A DNA stretch of 64,000 bases from Camelus dromedarius (GCF_036321535.1 NC_087437.1:21330001-21394000); one strand, 5' to 3'; positions 35,836 through 50,244 are shown, counted from the stretch's first letter. The notes: generated by a model from the letters alone, not told the origin. Made by a program: numbers and translations.

Positions 35836-36149
35836 TGGCTTTTAAAAACTCTAATAATATTTAGTTGAAATAGCATTACATCATTTTTATTTGCTTTGGA
35901 AAGAACTGTCAACTTTGAAATATTTATTTTTCTCTTCCAGGAATACTGGATGATTTTCCTTTGTCGAGCTGTCTTTTACGCTTCTTAGTACCTAGTAAAA
36001 CAATTGCTTTTTCTGTATATCACAGCAATGATAGTAATTTCAATATCACTGATATTTCCTCCAACTGCTAATGTAAATCTTCCAGATCTTCCAAAGTCTC
36101 CAACAGCCCACAGGATTTCTGTGAGCCTTCAGAGGAAGGATCCTTAGTC

Positions 36150-36295
36150 TTCTGCACATTAGAATCAGCTGGGAACCTTTAAAATCTCATGTCCAAGTCA
36201 CATCTCAAACCAACTCCATCGGCATCTCAGGTGGGAAGCAGAGTTCTAAAGGTCTCAGGTGATTCCAATGTGTATCTAAGCTAGAGAAACACCAC
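36150..36295. mobile_element. MER5A1-like MITE
   Basis: tgcacattagaatcagctggg...caggtgattccaatgtg. Confidence 0.55.
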
Positions 36296-37284
36296 CAAGT
36301 CTTTTTACATGGCCTCATTAAAGGCTCATTGCCAGTAAGTATTGCTGAGTAATGCTGCTGCCACTAGGCACAGACCATCTCTCTCTTCCTCTGCAGAAAC
36401 ACGGGGCATCCCTAAGATGCCAAAGCTTCAAGTTCTTCCTTTTTTGAAATAAGGAAGAAATTTTGCTTCCTACTAGTTTATCTTATAAAAGATACACATA
36501 AGCAGCACTGCTTGTAACTTAATGAGATGATTCCTGTTAAATTCTATTTAAAAGAAAACTGTTTTGTTGTTTTCATAAAAGCATATACCACCCTATTCTC
36601 ATAGGATTCACACATGACTTGAACAGGTCTGGCTATAAGACAAACCCTAGTAATGAGCACCATGCAATATTCAGGATCATTTCCCCTTTCTAAAGACCAA
36701 GAGTTTTCTTAAAGGTTCAATGTCTTTCTTCCTCTGAGGTACACTAAATACAATCACGGGACCATCCAAAACCCACATCCAGCTCAACTAACTGACTCAT
36801 CTTCTACAGACAAATGGCCTAACAGAAGAAGTGTGCCCATTTCCAGGTATAAATACTATTTACTTCAATCTCTGCCATTCTTCTATACAAGATGTCTGGC
36901 TTTAAATTAAAATTGTAAAACACACACAGAAGGAAAAAAAACTCATTGCAAAAGATAGAACAACCAATAGAAATAGACTCACATATGACCTGGAGGTTGG
37001 AAGTATCAGACAGGGGCTTAAATTTAACTATTTCAACTTTCTCATTATTAGACTGGAAGGAAAAATTTTTCCTATATTTAATCTTTAATCATTTGAAAAG
37101 ATAATTGAGAGTCTAAACCAGAATACTAATAATGTATTATAGGATTTATAACTATGTAAAAATAAAATATATGCTAATAAGCACAAAAAGAAGACAGGAA
37201 ATGGAAACATAACATAGTATGTTATATAACATTCTTTGAAGGTAGATTGTGACAACATAAAGATGCACACGGTAAACCCTAAAG

Positions 37285-39192
37285 CAAACCACATTAACAA
37301 ATCGAAGAATAAAAATCATATGATCATCCCCATAGATGCAGAAAAAACTTTTGACAAAACTCAACATTCATTCACAATAAAAACTCTCATTAAAATGATT
37401 ATAGAGGGAACAGATCTCAACATAATAAAGGCCATATATAACAAATCCACAGCTAATAACATAGTCAATGGTGAAAAGCTAAAAGCATTTCCTCTAAGAT
37501 CAGGAACAAGACACACTTGTTCTTGCCACTTCACTCTTGCCATTTCTATTTAACATAATATTAAGTCCTAGCCAGAGGAATCAGACAAAGAACAAAATAA
37601 AAGGAAGCCAAATTGGAAAGGAAGAAGTAAAACTGTCACTGTCTGCAGATGCCATGACATACACAGAAAATACTGAAGTCTCCATCAAAAAACTATTTGA
37701 ACTTATGAATGAATTTGGTAAAGTTACAGGATATGAAATTAATACACAGTAATCTGTTGCATTTCTAAACATCAATAATGAACTATCAGAAAGAGAAATT
37801 ATGAAACAAACCCATTTATCATTGCATCAAAAAACAACAAAGTATCTAGGAATAAACTTAACTAAGAAGGTAAAAGACCTGTACTTGGAAAATTATACAA
37901 CACTGATTAAAGAAATTGAAGATGACACAAACAGATGGAGAGATACACCACGTTCATAGACCGGAAAAATTAATATTGTTAAAATGACCAACTACCCAAG
38001 GCAATCTACAGATTAAATACAATCCCTCTCAAAATACCCATGGCATTTTTTGCAGAACTAGAACAAATAATCTAAAAGACCCCAAACAGCCAAAGCAATC
38101 TTGAAAAAGAAGAAGAGAGCTGGTAGTATCAGACGATACAACAAAGCTACAGTAATCAAAACTGTATGGTACTTTTTTTTTTTTTTAAAGTATGGTACTG
38201 ACACAAAAACAGATACATAGATCAATGGAACAGAATAGAGAGTCCCAAAATAAACTCATGTACTTATGGTCAATTAATCTAAAACAAAGAAGGCACAAAT
38301 ACATAATGGGGAAAAGATTGACTCTTCAATAAGTGGTGCTGGGAAAACTGGACAGCTACATGTAAAAGAATGAAATTAGAACATTTTCTTATACTGTACA
38401 CAAAAATAAACTCAAAATGGATTAAAGACCTAAATGTAGGACCTAAAACCATAAAACTCCTAAAAGAAAATATAGGCAGAACACTTCTGACATGAATCGT
38501 AGCAGTATTTTTTCAGATCTGTCTCCTAAGGCAAAGGAAACAAAAGCAAAAATAAACAAATGGGACCTAATAAAACAGAAGGTTTTGCACAGCAAAGGAA
38601 ACCATCAAAAAAACGAAAAAACAATCCACTGAATAGGAGAAAATATTTGTAAGTGATATGACTGATAAGGGGTTAAAACTCAAAAATACATAAACAACTC
38701 ATACAACTCGATATCAAAAAAAAAAAATCAAAAATGTGCAGAAAACCTGAAAAGACATTTTTCCAAAGAAGACACACAGATGGACAACAGTCACATGAAA
38801 AGATGCTCAGAATCACTAACCACTAGAGTAAATACACTCAAAACCACAATGAGATATCACCTCATACCTGCCAGAATGGCTGTGATCAAAAAGACCATAA
38901 ATGACAAATGCTGATGAGGATATGGAGAAGAGGAACCCTCACTCACTGCTGGTGGTGGGGATGTAAATTGGTGCAGCCACTATAGAAAACAGTATGGAGG
39001 TTTCACAACACTAAAAATGGAATTACCATATGATCCAGTAATTCCACTCCTGGGTATATATCCAAAGAAAATGAAAACAGCAATTCTAAAAGATACATGC
39101 ACCCCAATGTTCATAGCAGTATTATTTATAATAGGCAAGATAATGGAAGCAGTCTAAGTGTCCATCAATAGATGAATGGATAAAGAAGATGT

Positions 39193-39252
<60 letters not shown>

Positions 39253-39420
39253 GGAATGCTACTCAGCCATAAAAAAAGGAAATTTTGCCATTTACAACAA
39301 CATGGATAGACCTGGAGGGTATCATGCTTAGTGAAATAAGTCAGACAGAGAAAAGCAAATCTTTGTATCACGTATATGTAGAACCTAAAAAATAAACATA
39401 TGAATATAACAAAACAAAAC
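37285..39420 (+). mobile_element. Younger L1 ORF2 (RT to C-terminal part), degenerate, with truncated 3'UTR
   Basis: ORF-track peptides [33 protein letters not shown] and EEVKLSLSADAM are L1 RT motifs broken by frameshifts. Confidence 0.95.
39197..39250. repeat. (CA)27 microsatellite inside L1
   Basis: Perfect CA run seen directly. Confidence 0.95.
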
Positions 39421-40510
39421 CTTAAAAATAAGTATAACAAATAAGCAAAGATAGAATGTAAATAAAATAGAATCAGAAAAAAATATTCAATTTATTCAAA
39501 ATAAGTCAAGAAAGAGAAAGAATCAGAACAGGAAACAGATGGGACATAGAGAAGAAAATTAGCACTATAGCATATTTAAATCCAACCATATCAATAATTA
39601 CCTTAAATACAAATTATCTAGAGACTCGAATTAAAATCTAGAGATTCCTAGAACAAGGAATGTTACCAGGGATAAAGACAGGTATTATATAATGATAAAA
39701 GAAAATACCACAAACAAATGAACAAAATAACACATAACAGTCCTAAATGTAGATGTACCCAATGACAGAGTTCCAAAATATATGCAGGAAAAATTGATAG
39801 AACTTAAAGGAGAAATAGAGAAATCAACATCATAATTGGAGACCAACATTCCTCTCTTAGTAATCAACAGAACAAGCAGACAGAAAGGACATAGAAAATC
39901 TGAACACCACCAGCAATCAACTTGACATCACTGATATTTATAGAACACTCCCTTCAGCATCAGCAAAATCCATGTTCTTTTCAGTGTGCTTGGAACATTT
40001 ACTAAGACAGAGCACACAATAAATCTTGAAGCAAACTTCAAAACTGTGGGACAATTTAAATAATCCCTAAAGGATATTCTCTGATCACAGTATTATTGAA
40101 TTAAAAATCAATAACAGAATAATCTCTGGAAAATCCCCAAATATTTAGAAACTAAACAACACAATTTCAAAATCACTGACAGATACAAACTACCAGAGCT
40201 CTGCCAAGGAAAAGCAGACAACCAAAATAGCCCTATACCTATCACAGAAATTGTATTTACAGTTTAAAACCTCTTGAAAAAGAAAACTCCAGGCCTACAT
40301 GGCTTCAATAGCAATTTCTACCAAATATTTATAGTAAAACTAATCTAACACTATACAAACTCTTTCAGAAAACAGAATAGTAGAAAACGCTTATCAACTC
40401 ATTTGATAAGGCCAGCATAACCCGATAGCAAAACTAGACAAAGAAATTATATATAAGAAAATTTCAAACCAATATCCTTCATGAAAATAGTTGCAAAAAA
40501 ACTTAACAAA

Positions 40511-40881
40511 CCTTAAAAAGGAATGAAATTCTGACACATGCCATGACATGGATGAACCTTGAAAACATTATGCTAAGTGCAATATGCCAGATACAAAAAA
40601 AAAAAAAAAAACAAATAATGAATGTTTGCACTTATATAAGGTACCTAGATAGTCAAATTCAGAGACAGCGGTTACCACTGGCTAGAGGAAGGGGAATAGG
40701 GAATTATTGTTCAATTGTTTACAGAGTTTCATTTTGAGATGATGAAAAAGTTCTGCAGATGGATAATGGTGATAGTTGCACAACAATAATGACTACTTAA
40801 AGCCATCAAATTATACACTGGAGAAAATGGTTAAAACAGTAAATTTTATGTTATGTATATTTTACCACCATAAAAAAATTT
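40511..40881 (+). mobile_element. L1MB-type 3' end nested in the older L1
   Basis: aaaaggaatgaaattctgacacatgc...gatgatgaaaaagttctg...atattttaccacca. Flanking repeat CTTAACAAA at 40502-40510 / 40882-40890. Confidence 0.85.
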
Positions 40882-42571
40882 CTTAACAAAATATTAGCAA
40901 ACTGAATCTAACAACAGATTAAAAAAAGAGTAATACATGATGAGCAAATGGGATCTATCAAAGAATGCTGGTTGGCACAGATAATCCAAATGAATTTACA
41001 AAAAAGCTATCAAAAGTAATAAATTTTAATAAACTAATGAGTTTAGCAAGATTTGCCCAAAATATACAACATACAAAAAATACCAAATAATAGTAAACTT
41101 TACTGCACATAGATTATACTTCAATGAATCTGACTTTAAAAAACAACAGAAAATCAAACAAATAATAGTGGTGCTAATGGACCTCCTTATCTTGTTCCTA
41201 TTTTAAATGAGAATGTCTGTTTCTAATGGAAATGTATTAAATACAGTACTGGCTAATAATGACTTTTAAAAATACACATTTATAAGTATTTTTAAGTTCT
41301 ATTTTGTAAGATTTTTTTTACGTGACCAAATTTTTTTAAATGTAGGCTGAAAAGTATTTCAGACAAAAATATGGTTCCTCTTTGATCTACCTATGTAAAT
41401 ATATTATTGGTAATTTCTTAATATTAAATCAACCATCCTTACATTTCTTCAGGCAAATTCTACTTGGTTCATGGTATATAGTTCTCTTGATATAAAGTTA
41501 ATTTTATTAGTTAGTACTTAGGTTTTTTTGCTTCTACAGTTATGTGATTGTTTTATAACCTTCTGTACCATTCAATTTTACTTATGAGTTAAATCAGTTT
41601 TGTTCCATGTACTGGGAAGCCTTTGGTTTTATACTTTTCATGTTTTATTGCCTGAATTATCTATTCACAGAAACAAGAAAAAGTTTGCCCATAAACTGTC
41701 AAGAATAGAGTTTGGTTTTTTTTTAAGTGATTTTTTTTTTAGACAACATTTTCTATTTCTACTGACTTCACAAACTTTTTACTTTTTAAAAATCAATTTT
41801 GGTAACTTTTATTTTCCACCAAATAATTTTTACCAGTATTTTCAAATTCTTCAACATAACTGTTATATGGTAATCTGATAAAAGTTAAACATTTCTATAT
41901 TTAAAAAATCCTCTAATATTTCTAATATTTCTCTACTGTTCCTAATATTCCAACATTTTGCTCAATGACTTCCTAGAGTTTATTATGGGCAATCTACCTG
42001 GATTTTTCCATTTTAATACTTCTCTATCTTCTGATTTTGTTCAATTTTGGTTTTATTTTTATTATATGCCTCCTTTTGCTAACCATTGGCTAACTTTGGG
42101 AGGTGAATATCTTGTTTGTTTTATTTCATTTCAAAATAATAAATGCATATATACAACTTAGGCTATATCCTGTATATATGTGTATGTCTGTATTTATATA
42201 AAATCGTAATTTATTATTATTTTTGATGGCCATTAAGATTCAGGTTTCTGCCTTGATTCAACAGCTATTTTGGGGGAAAGAAATGACAAGTGGGCTTCTT
42301 TAATTAATTCCAAATTTTATTGCACTGTGGCCAGATACAACGGTCTATCAAATTTCAACTATATGGACTATACTGAGATTTTCCTGTTTTCTAGCATGGT
42401 TACCTTCTATAAACGTTCCATGAATGTTCGAGAAGAAGGGGTATTCTTTGTAAGGTACCCAGTGTCAGAGTTGAAGTAATGGGAGGGTGGTGTTCACTTA
42501 GCAGGGTGGCAGAGACAAGAAGTTGGTTATATACAGATTAATCACATAAGTAGACATATAAAGGGTAATGG

Positions 42572-42755
42572 AAACAAGTTTATACTATATAGCACAGGGA
42601 ACTATATTCAATATATTATAGTAACTATGGTTAAAAAGAATATGAAAACGAATATATGTATATTCCTGTAAGACTGAAGTATTGTGCTGTACACCAAAAA
42701 CTGATGCAACACTGTAAACTGACTATAACTAACAAAAATATATTAAAAAAAAAAA
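42572..42755 (+). mobile_element. Short camelid-type L1 3' end
   Basis: tatagcacagggaactatattcaata...gtaaactgactata plus A tail. GGTAATGG is duplicated on both flanks. Confidence 0.8.
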
Positions 42756-42784
42756 GGTAATGGGATCCAGAAGGACTTCTTGTA

Positions 42785-44220
42785 GAAAACTGTTTAGCTT
42801 TATAAGGAACTACCAAACTGTCTCCCAAAGTACCAGCACCATTTTGCATTCCCACTAACAATGAATGAGAGTCCCTGTTGCTCTGCACCCTTGCCAACAA
42901 TCTGGTATTGTCAGTTTTTTGGATTTTAGCCATTCTAAAAGGTGTTCAGCACCATTTCACTATCGCTGTTTCACAACTGTTTAAATTTGCAATCCCTTAA
43001 CTACAAAAGATATCGAGTATCTTTTCATACGCTTGTATGCCTTCTGTATACATACATTGGTGAGGTGTTTGTTTGGATCTTTTGCCCACTTTTTAATTAG
43101 GTAGTTTGTTTTCTTGTTGTTGAGGTCTTTTAATATTCTGGATACAAGTCTAACTAATAAAGAATTTACCCTTACCCAAAGAGGTGTTGTTTTTGCCCTT
43201 AGCTCCTGGGGGAGGGTAATCTCTAAACTCTTGGAAAGTCTTGTCTGATAAAAGTGTCTTTAACGGGGGGCATTGAGCCAGCCACAGAGTAACAGTGTAA
43301 TTTAGGGTGGGCTTTGAGTCACATCAACAATGGACATTTGGGCCATGTGGTATCAGTTTGACCTCCTGAGGGACTAGAAATTTAAAATGGCCACATGAGC
43401 AGCTGGTCAGGTTTACATGATCAAACCTCAATAAGGACTCTGGACACCAAAGCTCATGTGAGCTTCTCTGGTTGGAAATACTCCAAGTGAGCTGTCAAAC
43501 ATCAACACCAGGAAAGTAACGCTGTCCAGGACTCCATGGGGAGGACGACTGGAAACTCCACGTATAGTATACTTTTCTGGACTCTGCGCCATGTATCTTT
43601 TTACTTGATTGATTTTAATCTGTAATAAATCATAACTATGAGTATAGCAACTTTCAGTGAATTTCAATGAGTCTTTCTAGAGAATTAGCAAACCTAAAAG
43701 GTGGTTTTGTTGAACCTTCAATTTGCAACTGGTGTCAGAAGTAAATAAAGGCAGACTTCTGTGCACCACTCCCAAACTTAGCAATTGTCCAACTATGAGA
43801 AGTCCTTTATCAGATGTTTTGCTGTTTTATCTAAAAATCATTGCCACACCCAAGATCACCTAGATTTTCTCCTATCTTTCTTCTAGAAGTTTTATCTTTT
43901 TATGTTTACATTTAGGTCTATGATCCATTTTGAGATACTTTTTGTGAAGCGTGTAAGGTTTATGTCTAGGTTCATTTTTCTGCCCATGGACTTCAATTAC
44001 TCCAGTCTCATTTCTTGTAAAGACTCTCCTTTCTCCGTTGAATTGCCTTTCCTCCTTTGTCAAAGATCAGTTGACTCATATGTTTATATAAATAGGTCTG
44101 TTTCTGGGCTCTCTACTTTGTTCCACTGATCTATTTCTATTCTTTTCCTAATACTATATACTGTCTTGATACTGTAGCTTTATAGTAAGCCTCAAAACCA
44201 GGTAGCATGAATCTTGGATT
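42785..44220 (-). mobile_element. Antisense L1M ORF2 3' part, split by an LTR
   Basis: accattttgcattcccactaacaatgaatgagag...ggatacaagtc / aagtcctttatcagat...ctgtagctttatagtaag. Confidence 0.85.
43151..43799 (+). mobile_element. MER21-like ERV LTR
   Basis: gctcctgggggagggtaatctctaaactcttgg...ctctggacaccaaagctc...ggtgtcagaag. AAGTC is repeated at both junctions of the host L1. Confidence 0.7.
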
Positions 44221-44799
44221 TTTTTTTTTTTTGACCCAACCCAAGTCTGTAAGTTTTAAACGTATGTGTTAATGTACTCGCTTTCATTCTAATTACTGAT
44301 ACTGCGGTCTCACATTCTGCCACTCTGTTATTCTCGATGCTCTTTAATATTATCTCCTTTATTTTCTGTCCTTTGCTAATCACACTGTAGACATTTTCTT
44401 TTTCCTAACAACACCATAAATAGTGTTCCATTGAGCTTAAGGATGTTGTTGTCCATCTCACCTTTGATTACTGCTTCTCTTCTATCTATAGTCTCCTTTA
44501 TTCAGGAATACTACTTAATCTACCTACTGGGTATCCTCTGTACCTATCACTTTCATCTTTTTGACTCTTTTCAACAGCTGTATTTTGGAAGACCTTCTCC
44601 AGCTTCTCTTCCACATCATTTACTTGATTTTCACCACTGACTATCTTTTGACATCTTCGTTGTGGATTTGAATAGTGCATTGAATTTCACTATCTTTATG
44701 AGTTTTGAGGAGTCTTGAGGAAAATTTTAAATGCAGAAAAGCACAAAGAATGATTCAAGATCCTTTGCAATCATCCTTATTTCCTCTAGTTCAGGGCCC

Positions 44800-44985
44800 T
44801 GCATTCAGTCTATCGGGACTCAAATATGAGACCTACCTCTGCCTAGGTGTATAATCTCAGGGGAAGTAATTTAACCTATTTACTTCAACTTTCTTAGGAA
44901 TAATCATTTAATTATTTAATTAGCTAATTCATGAAGGGTTTTGACACAGTATCTGGCATTCAATAAATATTTAGCTATATTACTA
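44800..44985 (+). mobile_element. MIR SINE
   Basis: MIR core and 3' end ...acacagtatctggcattcaataaatatttagctat. Confidence 0.6.
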
Positions 44986-46629
44986 TAATCTTCATTGATA
45001 TCTCAGCTGGCTTGCTTCTATGTCAGTCTGTTATCTTTCACATACTATTTCAGATTGAACAATTTTCAGAAGAAAGCATATGCCATCTAATACTATCTTA
45101 TTTCCCTTCTCAATTTTTTCCAAGTATGATTTTCTTCTGTCTTAAATATAAAACTTCTTTTATTCTGCAGAATTTCTTTATAAAACCCATGATGCCTTTT
45201 AAAAAATTACTTGAAAGTTGAGAAAACTTTCTGGGTTTGGTGTTTGCTAAGAAAAAGGTTAAGCAAATTCTACTTAGGCTCTCCCTTTACTATTCATCTG
45301 GGTATTATTTGACTTTTAACTCTTTTCTTAAGTTGGAAAAAAGACTGATTCACATAACTCTTACCCAAACGTGGTGTTAGGCAGTCTGGTGATAATTTAA
45401 TCCTGATTACTTCGAGAGAGAATATAGTTCTTCCCTGGTCAAAAGTAGGGCCTAACCAAGAGCGCTTAAGGTGGTGACTGGTACAAAGGAGTTCATTAAG
45501 CTGTTGTTTATATGCTTTGTAAATATTTGACAGTTTCAAAATAAAAGGCTTTAGTTGTGTGTTTATTTGAAGTAGGGCCTGAAAAAATGCATGCAACCCC
45601 AAGGATCTTTCTCTCTCTGCCCCTTCCCACTTCACATCTGGAAATGCACCATAACCAGTCCAGCTCTGCCCGCCTTTACAGAACTGTGGTCACCAAGGGA
45701 AGTGGAGAGGTAACGATAAAAGAGATGGGAGGGAGAAGAAGAGCCCTGGATGCTGCAGATAGCAGCTGCAACACCGCAGGAGGTAGTTGCCACGCTTCTG
45801 GTTGGCAAAGACCCCACTTCCTTAAACTGTAGGGAAGCAGTAGAGATGGGTAGAAAACAACCTTTTTCCTGTCTGTCCCTGCCCTTCTGTCTCAGGGATC
45901 TGACTTTACTTTTCACTGATAGAAAATCCTCCTTATGCCTGGCATATTTTGATCTTTATTTCTAGTTTCTGATTCTATTTGTAACTCTGCTTCTCTGTGT
46001 ATTTTCACCTATTTGATCATGGGATCACAGAGGAGATTAAGCTGGGGCCCACTAGCTGGCTGCTGGCTAAACCCAAGCTTCCTTCCCGCAGTTGAAATCT
46101 TGAGGCTAAAAGGTCCTACAATGATCTGGCACATGTTCAACTGAGGGACAGCAGATAGGTGGAAGAAACAGCTTCTTATCTACTCTTGCCTCCCTTAACT
46201 CTCAACCACACTACAAATGTACACAAACAGAAATATGCTTATTGATATTAGTGAGCATATAGAAATAAAGCACAATAAAAAGAGAAGTGTTAGTTTCTCT
46301 CAAGGAAGCTCTAATCCAGATTAAAATGTCAAGAAACTGCCAACAGACGTAAGATTTAAACTTAAACACTGCAGCAACCAACTAGAAATATTCAAGTCCC
46401 TCCAAAATAAAATGTACATGACAAAACTTACAAACTGGTGAGATAATATGCCAGTTACCAGAGACACTCTCAAAATAAACTGAAAAATAAGTTAACACAC
46501 AAATACTATAATCAATTAGCACATCAAGGTGGACTGCTATTACCTAGAGGTAGAGTTCTCTATATTCCTTCTAGTCTTGTCAATAGTGTTCCATGTTACT
46601 CAAAAATTTCCTGAGAAACATATGAATGT

Positions 46630-46840
46630 GGAGCAATGTGTTTAGAAGACTGATCCCTGATCTCACAGTCATGATCTGAACTGTCTCTACCACTTGAGAA
46701 AGTTAGTTAACTGCTCAAAGCCTCCATTTTCTCATCTCTAAAATGGGTGCAACACTTCTTTTACAAGGAGGTTGTGAGGATTATAGGAAATAATGAACAC
46801 AAAGAGTTGGGCACAGTTCTTGGCAAAAGACACTCAAAAC
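46630..46840 (+). mobile_element. MIR SINE
   Basis: cctccattttctcatctctaaaatggg...gttgtgaggatta core. Confidence 0.7.
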
Positions 46841-46989
46841 ACAACAGACTTTTTACATTAAACTGACCTCTTGTTTCAGTGTTAATCCCTTAAAATGCTG
46901 AATGTAAACAAAGTGACAACTAAAGTCAAAGACTACTTCAGAAAAAGAATAAAAATAAACAAAAGAAAACAAACAAACAAAAAAAGTAA

Positions 46990-49345
46990 ATTATAGATCA
47001 AAATCCCTCAAAAATTCCAAACAAAATTTTAGGAAATTGAACCCAATATATAAAAAGGACAATATATCATGCCTAAGTGGGATTTATCCCAGGAATGCAA
47101 TATCCATTGGTTTAATATTGGTTCTGATATTGGTTTAATATAAGAAAATCAATCAATGTAATTCACCATGTATCAAAAGAATAAAAAAGGAAAACTACAT
47201 TATCATCAGATAAGGTATTTGACAAAACTCAACAACCATACATGATAATAACTTTCAGCAGACAAGGAACAGAAGGGAATTTCCTCAGGGTGCTAAAAGG
47301 CAACTACACAAACCTATAGCTAAAAGTCACACTGAATGGTAAAAAAAAAAAAAAAAAAGAATGCTTTTCCCCTAAGATCAGGAACAAGACAATGATATCC
47401 ACTTTCACTATTTCAACAGCGAACAGGAGTTTTAGTCAGTGCAATTAGTCAAGAAGAAGGAAAAAAGGCATTACAAAAATAAAGAAGTAAGTTTTAGAAA
47501 CAAAATGTTGGTCTATGTGGAAAATCCTATGGAATCTATAAAAATTAACTTACTAGTAAACTAGTAAGTTTGTTAGCAAGGTCACAGGCAACAAAGTCAA
47601 TATAAAAATATCGACTATATATCTATATTCTAGCAACTAAAAAAATCAGAGTTTGCAACAAAAACATATAATTTATAGTAACATCAAATATGAATATGAA
47701 ACACTTTGGGATACATTTAATAAAATATGTGCAAGGCCTGTATGATGAAAACTATTACATTCTTCCGAGACAAACTATAAAAGATTTCAATTAATGGGCA
47801 GATAAACCATGCTCATAAATCAGAAGATTCAATACTGTTAAGATGTCAAAGCTTCCCAAGTTCATCTGTACCTTCAGTGTAATCCCAGTCAAACTCTCAG
47901 CGGGCAGTTTTGTAGATATTTATAAGCTGATTCTAAAATTTATATAAAAATACAAGACTTGGTAAAGCCAAAACAACTCTGAAAAAGAACAAAGTTGGAG
48001 GACTTACACTACTTGATTTCAAGACCTAACATACAGCTACAGCAGAGTTTCTCAGTCTTGGCACTGTTGACTTTTTGGACTGGCTAATTCTTTGTGATGG
48101 AGAAACTGTCCTGCATACTGTACGATGCTTAGCAGCATCCCGTCCTCTACCAGAGGCAAATCCTCCACACCCCAAGTTGTGACAATCAACAACATCTCCA
48201 GAAGCTGCCAAATATCCTACAGAGGGCAAAACTGCCCTTTGCAGGGAACCACTGAGCTGCACTAAGCAGTGTGTTACTGTCATGAGGATAGACATTTGGA
48301 TCAATGGAACAAAACAGGACCTGGAAACAGACCCTCAATTTGATATCTGGCAAAGGTACAAAATAATTCTATGGGAAAGGATAATCTTTTCAATAAATGA
48401 TGCTGTAATGATTGGTTATTCATATGTAAGAAAGATATACCTCACCCCTCACCTCACTCCATACATAAAAATTTAACTCAAAACTTACCCAAGACTTAAA
48501 TTTAAGAGGAAAAACTGTTAAACTCTTAAAAAAAAAAAAAAAAAAAGCAAAAGCCTTAGTAATCTTGGCTCAGGCAAAGATTTGTTAAATAGGACATAAC
48601 GAAGAACAAACTTTTTAAAATTAACAAGTTGTACCTTCAAATAGAAAACATGTTTGCTCTTCAAAACTTAACGTTAAGAAAATTAAAGGCAAGCTACAGG
48701 CTTGGAGAAATACTTGCAAAATAAATATCTAATAATGGGCTTGTACACAGAATAAGACAATAATAAGATAAACAACCCAATTAAAAAATAGGCAAAAAAT
48801 TTAAACTGTTACCTTTCAAAGATGTGCTGATGGCAAATAAGCACATGAAAAGATGCACAACATCATTACTCACTGGGGAAATACAAACCAAAACCACACT
48901 GAGATGTCATATAAACCCACTTGAACAGCTAAAATGAAAAAAAAGACTGACTCTATCAAGCACTGGCAAGGATATAAGGCAACTAGAACTCATATATTGC
49001 CAATGGCATGACTGAATTGTATAGACACTTTGGGAAACATGTTTGGTGATTTCTTATAAAGTTAAACATACACTTACTATTGACCCAGCAATTCCACTCC
49101 TAATGAAAACTTACATCAACACACAAGTTTGTATTTGAATGTTAATCACAGTAGTTTTACTCATAATAAGTCTACAACTGGGAACAACACAAATGTTCAT
49201 CAACTCATGGATGGATAAACAAACTGTGGTACAATCCATAAAATGGAACACTAGTTGGTAATAAAAAAAGAACTGATACACACAACAACATGAATAAATC
49301 TCAAAAGCATTATCCTAAGTATAAGAATCTAGACACAAATGATAT
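46990..49345 (+). mobile_element. Old L1M ORF2 remnant
   Basis: gggatttatcccaggaatgcaa, cccctaagatcaggaacaagacaa, gcacatgaaaagatgc and gacccagcaattccactcc motifs. Confidence 0.9.
48043..48254. mobile_element. MER20 hAT-Charlie element inserted in L1
   Basis: cagagtttctcagtcttggcactgttgac...ccaagttgtgacaatc...gaaccactg. Degenerate 8-bp TSD AGCTACAG / AGCTGCAC. Confidence 0.85.
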
Positions 49346-50244
49346 TAATAAAATATACAAAAGTATTCCATATGGCTAAAAATAATTCTGATTTTCAATA
49401 GGCTTTCTTTGTTGTTGTTGTTGTTGTTATATAAATCATTGGCACTTACTATCTTTTGTTATTTAATTTATGATTTAAATCAACTACAAACTTTTCTACC
49501 ATAGGGATTACTGTGCATCTCTGCATAGCACTTCACAATACTAACATCTCACTTCATTGATTTGTTTATCAATCCACAGGTTCCATAATTCTCATTTAAT
49601 AAAACAACTAGAATGTACTATACATATTGCAATGCAGTCAGGATACCTGGATTCAAATCCCAGTTGACTACATGGGTGACCTGTGGTAAGTCATTTAATC
49701 CATATGAAACTCACTTTCCTTATTCATTAAACTGAAAAGCTCTGGGGTCAAGAGGGGGAAGACAGTACTGGGGACACTGGGGTGGTACAACCAGCAATCC
49801 CAATGCATGGGAGGCCAGTAAGAAAGAAACCTCCTGAGAAGCAATGGGCCAAAAGTTACACTTGAACTTGACTTTTCAGAAGAACCACAAACTGAGAAAG
49901 TGGAGTCTTGAGAGCTGTCTTGTAAGTAACCACAAGGCAGACAACCAATCAGAGAAACATCCATTTTTGATTCTTCAGTGTAGCTTCCTTCCATCATTGG
50001 GGACAGGATTTAACAAGCACTATGTATATGGAAAATTAGCTATTTTAGACTGATACAGAGTAAGTTAGTTTTGCTCTAGGGATGTGTTGCTGCCACAGTA
50101 ATGCTCTCGGTTAGAGAAATCATAGGATCAGATATTTCATATATGTGCTCCATTGAGAATCTATAATTGGTGGAATTATGAATGCCTATAAATCAAAAGT
50201 CAAAGTCACCCAAGGAATTACAATACAGCAGGCTGAGAAGCTTC

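Larger units (their letters stand above)
36780..41100 (+). mobile_element. Old L1M element (5'/inter-ORF/ORF2 remnants) split by two younger L1 insertions
   Basis: Degenerate L1 sequence that resumes after 39420 and after 40881. Confidence 0.7.

Noticed and set aside
37236..37752. ORFs with reverse-transcriptase-like motifs (also 55389-55634 and 60685-60900)
   Set aside because: Frameshifted, stop-ridden fragments of dead L1 ORF2, not functional genes or a novel RT system.
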